Origin: Escherichia phage RB14
Length of the DNA stretch: 64,000 nucleotides
Reading direction: 5' to 3' (one strand)
Sequence record: NC_012638.1
This document shows, piece by piece, positions 56,426 to 64,000 of the stretch (the stretch's first letter is position 1; each line of letters opens with the position of its first letter). A program made the position numbers and the translations under genes. Below the pieces are notes generated by a model. That model was not told the DNA's origin. It saw only the letters and a list, made by a program, of their open reading frames with translations, and searched no databases.

Positions 56426-56892
56426 TAGTAAAGGTCCTCGGAGTAAAGTTCTTTTTCACTACCACCACGTTCAATACGCACTTGTCCAGCGTAAGTTGCA
56501 ATAATCATTGCTTCTTCACGTGTCCAGTAATTGCTATACTGGTCAATAAATCCTTGGTCTTCACCACAAACATGGTCTGATACAAGTTTATCACTTACCT
56601 GGTCAAGAACTTCAGCCATATCTTTAGAATAATGACGAGCACCAGGAATAACCAGAGTCCCACCATCTTTTAACTTAAAGCGGTTGGCTGCACACACAAT
56701 TCGACGTTGATATTTTTCATTATTGTTCCAATGAGCTACTTGCCAACAGATTTCAGGAACCTCTTCTAAAACATCCTCTTCCGTATATTCGGTGTAGTCG
56801 CCATAGGCCTGTAATTTAGCTGCTAGACTTTCTGGAGTTTCACGTAATAAAGCCAGGTCTAATAATTCAAGACGCTCTTTGAAGGTTTTCAT
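56425..56892 (-). CDS. Hypothetical protein
   Basis: 155-aa ORF. Confidence 0.7.
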   Translation of the reverse strand: MKTFKERLELLDLALLRETPESLAAKLQAYGDYTEYTEEDVLEEVPEICWQVAHWNNNEKYQRRIVCAANRFKLKDGGTLVIPGARHYSKDMAEVLDQVSDKLVSDHVCGEDQGFIDQYSNYWTREEAMIIATYAGQVRIERGGSEKELYSEDLY

Positions 56893-57044
56893 TTGGTTTC
56901 CTCAACACTTTTAATTTTTATAGCTTGTTTAGAACTTTCAAAGCATTGACAATATACTCTTACCGCATCAAACTGGTTGGCCGCTTTAAGATGGACTACA
57001 CCTTCGCCGTTATAAAATTCTACGACAATTTTAAATGTTTTCAT
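56889..57044 (-). CDS. Hypothetical 51-aa protein
   Basis: Hand-translated; ATGA overlaps with both neighbouring ORFs. Confidence 0.5.
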   Translation of the reverse strand: MKTFKIVVEFYNGEGVVHLKAANQFDAVRVYCQCFESSKQAIKIKSVEETK

Positions 57045-57370
57045 TTAAACCATCCTTTAATACGCTGCCACAAAGTTTTCTGCTGAGCTTTGTTAACACC
57101 AATTGAACGAATAACTGGTTGAGATTCCTGGAATTCTTTATAATCAGCAAGGTAAATTTCGTAAGCTGCATCTGTAAATGAACTTATCGCTGCCATAAAA
57201 TTATTGCGAATACCTACTGGAGCATCTTTACTTTCACGAATAATCATGTATTTACCAGTCTTAATCTTTACGATAGTTCCAAGATAAGCTCCATGATACC
57301 AGATGTCCCAACCCTCTTGAGTAGGTTCTGCACAACGACGAAGTTCATTGATAATTTCTAACTTGTTCAT
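57041..57370 (-). CDS. Hypothetical protein
   Basis: 109-aa ORF. Confidence 0.7.
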   Translation of the reverse strand: MNKLEIINELRRCAEPTQEGWDIWYHGAYLGTIVKIKTGKYMIIRESKDAPVGIRNNFMAAISSFTDAAYEIYLADYKEFQESQPVIRSIGVNKAQQKTLWQRIKGWFK

Positions 57371-57380
57371 TATTTATTCC

Positions 57381-58016
57381 TCACAGTTCAGATGCTACAG
57401 CGATTACTGCTTCAATGTTTTCTGCTGAGCGTTTAATGTCAAGATACACATTACCGTTTTTAGCGATTTTACAAGACATTCCGATATCAGTAAATTTCTG
57501 AATATGATGTTCCATCATTTTGTATCCAAAAATTCGCATATTTCCATTATTGTTAATTTCAAAATTACGAATTCCGTGAGTGCGTTTTTCTAAAATAGCG
57601 AGATAGTTACTGCGATAAGTTTCAACCTTTTTAAGAACAAATCCATTTTCATCTAAAAGTTTTAACATGAGATCTTTATCTTCTTCCATATCAGAAGTAA
57701 TCTCACGAGCTTTACGAGTTGCTCGTTTTTTCAGTAGTTCCGGAGCATTTTCCTGTGCGTATAAAGTTGCTGCGTTTGAAATAATATCCTGGGCTTCACC
57801 TGTAATGATTAATCCATCACCAGATTTCTCCACCAGGCCTTTTTTAATCAATACCCCAATATTACTATTAACTACTGCGTTACCTAAATCTGGATGCACC
57901 TCACGAACTTCTGCAGCTGTAATAAAATCTTTCTTAGCAATAGTAATTAAAATCGCAGCAGTTTTTTCATTCAGAACATCGTTAGAAGCTTTGATGATGT
58001 AAGTTACTTTAGACAT
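57381..58016 (-). CDS. motA: Middle-transcription activator MotA
   Basis: 211-aa ORF recognised as T4 MotA. Confidence 0.93.
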   Translation of the reverse strand: MSKVTYIIKASNDVLNEKTAAILITIAKKDFITAAEVREVHPDLGNAVVNSNIGVLIKKGLVEKSGDGLIITGEAQDIISNAATLYAQENAPELLKKRATRKAREITSDMEEDKDLMLKLLDENGFVLKKVETYRSNYLAILEKRTHGIRNFEINNNGNMRIFGYKMMEHHIQKFTDIGMSCKIAKNGNVYLDIKRSAENIEAVIAVASEL

Positions 58017-58048
58017 TTTCTAATCTCCGTAATTCTGTATCAGTAGTT

Positions 58049-58123
58049 GATAGTTGTATAGTACCACAGTATGCTTTGGTTGTAAACCGTTTTGTGAAAA
58101 AATTTTTAAATAAAAAAGGGAGA
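58049..58123. repeat. Direct repeat copy 2 (pairs with 41579-41653)
   Basis: Same 59 bp plus 13 bp as copy 1. Confidence 0.85.
58055..58087 (-). promoter_or_regulatory. T4-type early promoter for motA (repeat family B, copy 2)
   Basis: On - strand GTTTACA, 18 nt, TACTAT; identical to 41590-41617. Confidence 0.7.
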
Positions 58124-58137
58124 GCCGAGGCTCTCCC
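58100..58137 (-). terminator. Intrinsic terminator downstream of the gene 52 operon
   Basis: gggagagc-cgag-gctctccc hairpin followed on - strand by UUUUUUAUUU. Confidence 0.8.
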
Positions 58138-58142
58138 TAAAA

Positions 58143-58292
58143 TTACTGCATGACTGTGATAACTGTCATGATAACACGTTGAATTCCGAACGCAAGAAGA
58201 CCTCCTGCTACAGCTGGAACAACGCCTAAACCCGCCAGTAAAATGCTACCAGATACTAATGCAGCGCTTGTAATACCAATGAATGGACTCAT
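58143..58292 (-). CDS. Small hydrophobic protein (49 aa)
   Basis: Hand-translated MSPFIGITSAALVSGSILLAGLGVVPAVAGG...; ATG overlaps gene 52 stop (ATGA). Confidence 0.5.
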   Translation of the reverse strand: MSPFIGITSAALVSGSILLAGLGVVPAVAGGLLAFGIQRVIMTVITVMQ

Positions 58293-59617
58293 TTGATTTC
58301 CTCTAAATCTTTGGTGTATTCGGTAACTACATCAGTAGTTTTCCAATATTCGTTTTCTTCTTTTTTGGCTTTAGCTTCTTCGGCAAGTTTCTTCGCTTCA
58401 TCGGAAGTCATATGAAAAATATTCATTCCAACTAGTTTATCAACATAAGAAGAATACATATCGATTTTCGAAAGTTCTTCGGTCAGTTCTTTACGAGTTT
58501 TACCCTGCACAACGATTTCACCTGAAATTACTTTCTTAATGAAATGTGCCTTGGCAAAGGCTAAACGAAAAGCTGACTCAGTTTCTTTAATTTTGTTATC
58601 AATTCGTTTTTGGACATAAGTTTTACGAACTTCAACAAAGTCTTTAATTAAATCAACTACGTTATCGTAAACTTGTAGTTTTCCTTTCTCATTAATAACC
58701 GTAATATTCTGAGAACGACGCTCAATCAACCCGAAGTCTTTCATAATTTTTGCATGACGTTCTTCTTCATTATCGCACAAAGAATATTCTTTGCGGAATT
58801 TAACTTTGAATCCAAAACCATGCTCACCACAAGCATCATCCCATGTAATGAAGCCTTTATCTTCAAGTGGGTCTAAGATTTTACTCACATAAGTTTCACG
58901 ATCATACTTATACGGAATCTCAGTGATATGCATTTGAGTTCGTGAAGTAAACTTATATGTTCCACGAATTTCATATTGCCCATCAATTTCAACGACTTCA
59001 CCACGAAATTCTGGGAATTCTACCTTCGGTTTAGTTACTTTCTTTCCTTGAAGAGCTTGCAGTACAGCTTTCTTAACAGAAGAAACACTATGAGGAAGAA
59101 TGTAAGTTGCATAACCAGTTGCAATACCGGAAACGCCATTAAGAAGAACAGTAGGAATAATAGGCAAATAGAAAGCAGGCGGAATGTGTTCTTTATCTTG
59201 ATGTACCGGAGCATATTCAGTATCTTTATATACGTTATAGAAATTTTTACTTACACGAGCAAAAATATAACGACTTGCCGCTGCCTTTTGGACAGTACGA
59301 GAACCAAAGTTTCCTTGACCATCTAATAGAGGAAAGTTATTATTCCAAGTATTAGCCATCAAAGCACCTGCGTCTTGCGCAGAGTTTTCGCCATGATGAT
59401 ATCCAAGGTCCGCTACACCACCTGCGATAGAAGCGAGTTTGTGAAACTTATCTTTATTTCCTCGTGCCAAATCAAGAGCTCGAGCAATAACAAATCGTTG
59501 AACTGGCTTAAATCCATCAATCATATTTGGGATAGCACGATTTTCAACCGTGTACATAGCGTAAGCCAATGCTTCATTATCAATGATACTTTTTAAATCG
59601 CGATTATTCAGTTGCAT
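58289..59617 (-). CDS. 52: DNA topoisomerase II medium subunit gp52
   Basis: 442-aa ORF. Confidence 0.93.
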   Translation of the reverse strand: MQLNNRDLKSIIDNEALAYAMYTVENRAIPNMIDGFKPVQRFVIARALDLARGNKDKFHKLASIAGGVADLGYHHGENSAQDAGALMANTWNNNFPLLDGQGNFGSRTVQKAAASRYIFARVSKNFYNVYKDTEYAPVHQDKEHIPPAFYLPIIPTVLLNGVSGIATGYATYILPHSVSSVKKAVLQALQGKKVTKPKVEFPEFRGEVVEIDGQYEIRGTYKFTSRTQMHITEIPYKYDRETYVSKILDPLEDKGFITWDDACGEHGFGFKVKFRKEYSLCDNEEERHAKIMKDFGLIERRSQNITVINEKGKLQVYDNVVDLIKDFVEVRKTYVQKRIDNKIKETESAFRLAFAKAHFIKKVISGEIVVQGKTRKELTEELSKIDMYSSYVDKLVGMNIFHMTSDEAKKLAEEAKAKKEENEYWKTTDVVTEYTKDLEEIK

Positions 59618-59621
59618 AAAT

Positions 59622-59762
59622 TTACCATACTAGTGAATGTAGTGCCATAATAACATCAGAAATGAAAAGCACGACTTGAATTAATCCGAACATTACTCCA
59701 TAATATAGTGCTACTAATAAAGTAGCAAGGGCTAATGAATAGCCCAAGATTTTCTTAATCAT
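59622..59762 (-). CDS. Small hydrophobic protein (46 aa)
   Basis: Hand-translated MIKKILGYSLALATLLVALYYGVMFG... Confidence 0.45.
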   Translation of the reverse strand: MIKKILGYSLALATLLVALYYGVMFGLIQVVLFISDVIMALHSLVW

Positions 59763-59913
59763 TAGTAGATAACAACACAAATGTTAAATATGCACACATA
59801 CCCTGAGCTAAAGCTTGCGAAAACACACTGCTGGCATCAATACAGATAGTTAAAACACATGCTACTATCCAACAAATAAATGAAATAACTCCTAATAATT
59901 TTGCAATATTCAT
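59755..59913 (-). CDS. ac: Small membrane protein Ac (acridine sensitivity)
   Basis: Hand-translated 52-aa hydrophobic ORF between stp and gene 52; SD GAGGAAAA upstream. Confidence 0.6.
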   Translation of the reverse strand: MNIAKLLGVISFICWIVACVLTICIDASSVFSQALAQGMCAYLTFVLLSTND

Positions 59914-59920
59914 ATTTTCC

Positions 59921-60001
59921 TCACTGGCGTCCGAAGACGCCTTTAGTTTTAAGATTATTACGATAGAACTGCATCACGTGTTCGTTGTGGAAATTACTCA
60001 T
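59921..60001 (-). CDS. stp: Stp peptide (26 aa)
   Basis: Hand-translated [26 protein letters not shown] matches recalled T4 Stp exactly; ATG overlaps ndd stop. Confidence 0.85.
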
Positions 60002-60459
60002 TAATATGCCTGCAAAACGAATTTAAAGTTATCAGCCAACATACGGTTCATTTCTTCAAGTGTTTGATACTCGGAATGATGATTACGGGTAAACGCCAAA
60101 GCTAACTGACCTTTACCAAATCCTGTCGTCAGAGGTTTCATCTTAGAAGCAGGCAGATAAAATACTGTGTATACCATATTGTTATTTGCAATAGTACGTG
60201 CAAGCTGAGACCGACGTTGACGAATATGACTTAGAACTGCACTGAATCCTTGCTTAGAACGCTGATTACCTACATAAAATCGTGCAGACACACATGGATT
60301 ACTAAATGGACGACCATCTAATTTACTTACTAAAAAGTAAAATCCAGGTTTAGATAAAATATCTTTATGCGGAGTTCCTAAAAACCACTCACCACCCTTG
60401 ATTGTACCAATAACAGTAGCGCCTGCGTTGTTCAGATCAGTAACAGTCATGTATTTCAT
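60001..60459 (-). CDS. ndd: Nucleoid disruption protein Ndd
   Basis: Track ORF of 170 aa trimmed to [10 protein letters not shown]... Confidence 0.88.
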
Positions 60460-60517
60460 ATTAATTTCCTCTAAATTATTTTCTACTCCAAGGCCGCATG
60501 AATACGCGGCCATTAAA

Positions 60518-60733
60518 TTAATCGTCGCAGTCGACGCTCAATTCCCAAAACTCTTCTACAGTATAAGTTTCAGTATCATTTTCAATACAGAAACGTTCAT
60601 TACTGTTATTTGCTAAAGTAGCATTAACTGTCGGTTTCTCGCTAGTGCTCTTAAGAGGTGAAATACGAATTAACTGATCACCGTTATCTAAACAGAAAAT
60701 TTCACCAACTTTTACATCTTTAAAACTTTTCAT
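60518..60733 (-). CDS. Hypothetical protein (ndd.1 position)
   Basis: 71-aa ORF. Confidence 0.65.
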
Positions 60734-60848
60734 AATTCACCTCAAGGAGTATAAAATCCAAACGCAGTTGTTGACCATCCCATCCAATATGGAAAATTTG
60801 CACCAATGTAAAACATAAGAATATAAAACCAACCGCTCAGCAAATTCA

Positions 60849-61046
60849 TCATTTTACACCATTCCAAATTGTTTCAACCACAGATTTTAAACCATTTTGA
60901 TGAATATCCATTCCGACTACTGCCATCAAATAGATTCCAACTACAACTGAACCTAAGGCAAAAATCAACATGAAAATGAATAAAGCCGGAAAAATATTAT
61001 CGAAAAACCATTCAATAAATGTAAAAACACTGCGTTTACGCTTCAT
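60849..61046 (-). CDS. Small membrane protein (65 aa)
   Basis: Track ORF trimmed to SD-preceded ATG (GAGGAAAAT); hydrophobic core. Confidence 0.55.
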   Translation of the reverse strand: MKRKRSVFTFIEWFFDNIFPALFIFMLIFALGSVVVGIYLMAVVGMDIHQNGLKSVVETIWNGVK

Positions 61047-61053
61047 ATTTTCC

Positions 61054-61167
61054 TCACATAAATCCAAAGTAAGCGTTTAATACATCAATCATTAAAACGA
61101 TTGGGAATATACTCAAAACTATTAGTATTATAACTACATTCCATATAGCTTTAACAATCTTTTTCAT
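61054..61167 (-). CDS. Small membrane peptide (37 aa)
   Basis: MKKIVKAIWNVVIILIVLSIF...; ATG 61167 lies 9 nt after GGAGG and downstream of the early promoter; the track extension to 61263 spans the promoter. Confidence 0.55.
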   Translation of the reverse strand: MKKIVKAIWNVVIILIVLSIFPIVLMIDVLNAYFGFM

Positions 61168-61195
61168 TTTGTGTTCCTCCGTAGTTGATAGGGTA

Positions 61196-61225
61196 ATAGT
61201 ACCACGGAGGAACAGTCTTGTAAAC
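61196..61225 (-). promoter_or_regulatory. T4-type early promoter nested in an inverted repeat
   Basis: On - strand GTTTACA, 18 nt, TACTAT; arms 61174-61182 and 61204-61212, downstream arm contains GGAGG. Confidence 0.65.
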
Positions 61226-61409
61226 AACTTTTTAAAAATATTCGTAATAAATGTGAATACCAACTACTACCGCTGAAACCTGTGCAACCCACCACGCACA
61301 AGCAATAAGTACAGAATTCAAAATTTTCATAATAACCTCATTACAAAAGTAAATGTTAAACAAATTACTGGAATACTAATTAACCAAACAAAACACCACC
61401 ATAATGAAC

Positions 61410-61673
61410 TCATAGTTCAATCTCAGCGATTTTCATTTCATTACTATTAATAGCCGCTTTAAGACTATCTGAAAGAATTACATTCCAGTGGTCATTCATA
61501 TGACCATTAACTAAGCGTGTAATTTCTTCGGGAGTTGAAAAATAAGGCTGATCGGACTCCCAATGCGATAATCCTAAGCGAGTATAAATCATGCCTTCAT
61601 CATCGCTAGAATATTCAACTGACACAAACTCATCAGTTATTTTATGCTTAGCATAATAAAATTTAAATTTCAT
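61410..61673 (-). CDS. Hypothetical protein
   Basis: Track start is TTG 61682; ATG 61673 gives 87 aa. Confidence 0.6.
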   Translation of the reverse strand: MKFKFYYAKHKITDEFVSVEYSSDDEGMIYTRLGLSHWESDQPYFSTPEEITRLVNGHMNDHWNVILSDSLKAAINSNEMKIAEIEL

Positions 61674-61678
61674 TTTAC

Positions 61679-61885
61679 TCAATAATCCGCTAAAAGATCG
61701 ACGATTGCATCACGAAGACACTTATTCGCAATACGTTTAAGAGCAATTTCAGTTTCTGGAGCATTTTGAATAATCATTGAATTCAATTCAGCCTCAGCAA
61801 ACTGAAGTTCTTTAACTAATTCAGCTTTATATTTTCCTTGCCCTTTCTTAGCTTTTGCTCGTTTTAATTCAGCTGTAGTAAACAT
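61679..61885 (-). CDS. Hypothetical basic protein (68 aa)
   Basis: Track ORF runs through the promoter; SD-preceded ATG at 61885 (GGAG, 8 nt). Confidence 0.55.
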   Translation of the reverse strand: MFTTAELKRAKAKKGQGKYKAELVKELQFAEAELNSMIIQNAPETEIALKRIANKCLRDAIVDLLADY

Positions 61886-61919
61886 TTCATTCTCCAAATC
61901 CGTATCAGTTGATAGTTGT

Positions 61920-61949
61920 ATAGTACCACGGTCCTTGTGGTATGTAAAC
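61920..61949 (-). promoter_or_regulatory. T4-type early promoter (repeat family B, diverged copy 3)
   Basis: On - strand GTTTAC, 18 nt, TACTAT; shares gttgatagttgtatagtaccac with copy 2. Confidence 0.6.
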
Positions 61950-61965
61950 TGTTTTGTGAAATTTT

Positions 61966-62523
61966 TTAAATGGAAAGATACCATCCGTTGTAGTTGCTTT
62001 TTCTTACAACCTTACGAAGGTCTTCTCTGTCACCGATGAACTTCGGAGTGTACTGGATGACACCTGGATGAATTTCTTTAGTGTTGAATATAATTATACA
62101 GTCAGCGACTTGATGATTTAGAATGGGCCCTAGATTTATTCCAGAACCATATGGATACTCTCCGCTGCATCCTGTTGTTACAGAAATCCAACGTGAGTCA
62201 GTTTGATGTGTCTTAACTTCTACACGAAGCCCGCAGTATTTTGGATGCGCCAATACATCCCATGCGTATGTATACGGGTCATTAACGTCCTCTTGGCCTT
62301 TGTTAACATACCCGCTTAGCCAATCTGCTACAAAAAACTCTGCGTACACCGCGATACGGCATCTTTCAATAACTTCTGCTTTATCCTGGTTCGGGTTTTG
62401 TTTTAAAGAGTATCTTGCAGTATCAGCAATTTTGACCTTCATTTCACTAGTCAAATCACTGTTCGATAGGGTAAATGTCGGAATCTGAAATAGTCTCTGT
62501 AAACCCGGATTCGTTTTCTGCAT
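61966..62523 (-). CDS. denB: Endonuclease IV (DenB)
   Basis: 185-aa ORF recognised as T4 DenB. Confidence 0.88.
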   Translation of the reverse strand: MQKTNPGLQRLFQIPTFTLSNSDLTSEMKVKIADTARYSLKQNPNQDKAEVIERCRIAVYAEFFVADWLSGYVNKGQEDVNDPYTYAWDVLAHPKYCGLRVEVKTHQTDSRWISVTTGCSGEYPYGSGINLGPILNHQVADCIIIFNTKEIHPGVIQYTPKFIGDREDLRKVVRKSNYNGWYLSI

Positions 62524-62785
62524 TTAGACTTTCCTTTTTACCGCTGAGATAAGCGTTATATACTTTAAGAGTGCCGTAATAAATTCGGTCATTTTCATCT
62601 AAAGACTCACGGTCAAGTTCATCGAGTTCCTTTTTATCCATGACTATAATATCATTGCAGTAAAGAAACCCAAGTTTTTCGTGACCAAACTCAAATTTAT
62701 TGCAGTACACAATATTAGCGTAATGATTTCCGTGCAGTTTAATCTCTTTTATGTCGGAATCACCGATATTCATACAATAAATCAT
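62456..62785 (-). CDS. Hypothetical protein (denB.1 position)
   Basis: 109-aa ORF overlapping the denB 5' end by 68 nt. Confidence 0.6.
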   Translation of the reverse strand: MIYCMNIGDSDIKEIKLHGNHYANIVYCNKFEFGHEKLGFLYCNDIIVMDKKELDELDRESLDENDRIYYGTLKVYNAYLSGKKESLNAENESGFTETISDSDIYPIEQ

Positions 62786-62823
62786 AATTTTTCCTTAAAA
62801 CAAAAGGGCCGAAGCCCCTTATT

Positions 62824-63018
62824 TTATTTGAATTGCGCAATTCTTTTTTCTAAACAATCTGCATAAGATTTCATTGAGATGAACTGTGAAAGCAGTAATT
62901 CTTGCTCAACTTCATTAATCGTTAGAAACTTTGTACTTTCTAAAAATTTGCTCAGTGCATTAATTTTGAGCATTAATTGATCGTATTCTTCTTTTACTCG
63001 TGCTTGATAACCTAACAT
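62824..63018 (-). CDS. Hypothetical coiled-coil protein
   Basis: 64-aa ORF flanked by UUCG-type hairpins. Confidence 0.6.
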   Translation of the reverse strand: MLGYQARVKEEYDQLMLKINALSKFLESTKFLTINEVEQELLLSQFISMKSYADCLEKRIAQFK

Positions 63019-63050
63019 AATTTTCCTTAATATGATAAGGGCCGAAGCCC

Positions 63051-63989
63051 TTATTTGAATTGTTCAGTAACGTCTTCAACTACTTCGTATTGGCAGGTAC
63101 GCATTTTAGCATCGTTGTAATCAATCGGAATTGATACTACATCGCGAGGATGAACTTTAACTTTTACAACTCGGCTGGTTGAACTGCCAAAGTGACGAAT
63201 ATAAGATTTAGAACACACATGCAGACCACGAGAACAAGTTTGTGTATCATCGTCATTCACACGAGTACGTGGCATTTTAACTACTTTACCAGGACTGTTA
63301 TCAAAGGTATTTGAGTGACAGTCAAAGTAATTGCTGCGAACTACTTTCCAAGCATAGAAGTAACCATCTTCTGTAATTTCAATATCATTTGCTACCAAGA
63401 AATCAAAGAGTCGAGATACCGCTTTTTGGCTTGGGTTTTCCAACAGATTTTCCAAGAACGGAAAATAAAATTCAAAGTTTTCGCCTTTTTCCATCGAGTC
63501 AAGAATACGATCAACTAAACCGGACCGCAATTCGATATTTTGATAGAACAAGCTTCCACCTTCAATTCGAACATCACCAGAAATATATTTTTCAACAGCG
63601 CGACGAACATTAATTTTTTGTGCCGCTTCTTCCAACTTATCTGCTACAAGCAGATTAAGAATTTCCTGGAAGTTTGAATGAGTATTAGGAGTTGCGTTAT
63701 AAGTTACGCCATCAACAGTAATTGAAATGAATTTTTTAGATGCATTCCAAATAATGTCAGATTTAGCAACTGGAGCAATAGCTACATCACTCTTAACTTC
63801 AACTGTAATGTCACCGCTAATGGTAACTTTGGAACGCTCAGCTTCTTCAGCATTTTTCAAAACACGACGGATTGTGTCAACCGATACACCTTGCCAATCA
63901 GCCAATTCCTGTTGGGTATAATTACCACTTGAATACAGTTTAACAATTTCAGCTTGTTCGTTTTTGGTCAGGCATTTAATATTGTACAT
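63051..63989 (-). CDS. rIIB: rIIB
   Basis: 312-aa ORF recognised as T4 rIIB; window ends 11 nt upstream of its ATG. Confidence 0.93.
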   Translation of the reverse strand: MYNIKCLTKNEQAEIVKLYSSGNYTQQELADWQGVSVDTIRRVLKNAEEAERSKVTISGDITVEVKSDVAIAPVAKSDIIWNASKKFISITVDGVTYNATPNTHSNFQEILNLLVADKLEEAAQKINVRRAVEKYISGDVRIEGGSLFYQNIELRSGLVDRILDSMEKGENFEFYFPFLENLLENPSQKAVSRLFDFLVANDIEITEDGYFYAWKVVRSNYFDCHSNTFDNSPGKVVKMPRTRVNDDDTQTCSRGLHVCSKSYIRHFGSSTSRVVKVKVHPRDVVSIPIDYNDAKMRTCQYEVVEDVTEQFK

Positions 63990-64000
63990 AATTTTCCTTA

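Overview
The window is a contiguous stretch of a T-even (T4-like, Tequatrovirus) coliphage genome, collinear with T4 from the 3' end of gene 23 to the start of rIIB. It holds two late-gene blocks on the + strand (23-24; 51-27-28-29-48-54; long tail fibre genes 34-35-36-37-38 plus holin t) and large early/middle blocks on the - strand (rnlB-hoc-inh; uvsY-25-26; alt-ligase-rIII-31-cd-pseT-spanins-alc-rnlA-denA-nrdB-nrdA-td-frd-32-59-33-dsbA-rnh; asiA-arn-motA-52-ac-stp-ndd-denB-rIIB). Gene identities rest on recognising the translated ORFs as T4 proteins from memory; no database search was possible. No rRNA, tRNA, CRISPR array or integrative mobile element was seen, and I did not find a convincing previously undescribed multi-gene system: the coding space is almost fully accounted for by known T4-type genes. 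The most notable departures from my recollection of the T4 reference are an extra 123-aa ORF inserted at the frd/td junction; intron-less td and nrdB with no room for mobE or segG, yet a segE homing endonuclease gene is present; a T2-type gp37/gp38 adhesin module; two tandem full-length Alt-family ADP-ribosyltransferase paralogs; and early promoters nested inside inverted repeats that would mask the downstream ribosome-binding site in read-through transcripts. The supplied ORF track uses non-ATG starts in places, so several N-termini were trimmed to the first ATG with a Shine-Dalgarno (SD) sequence; small ORFs under 60 aa were found by hand and carry lower confidence.
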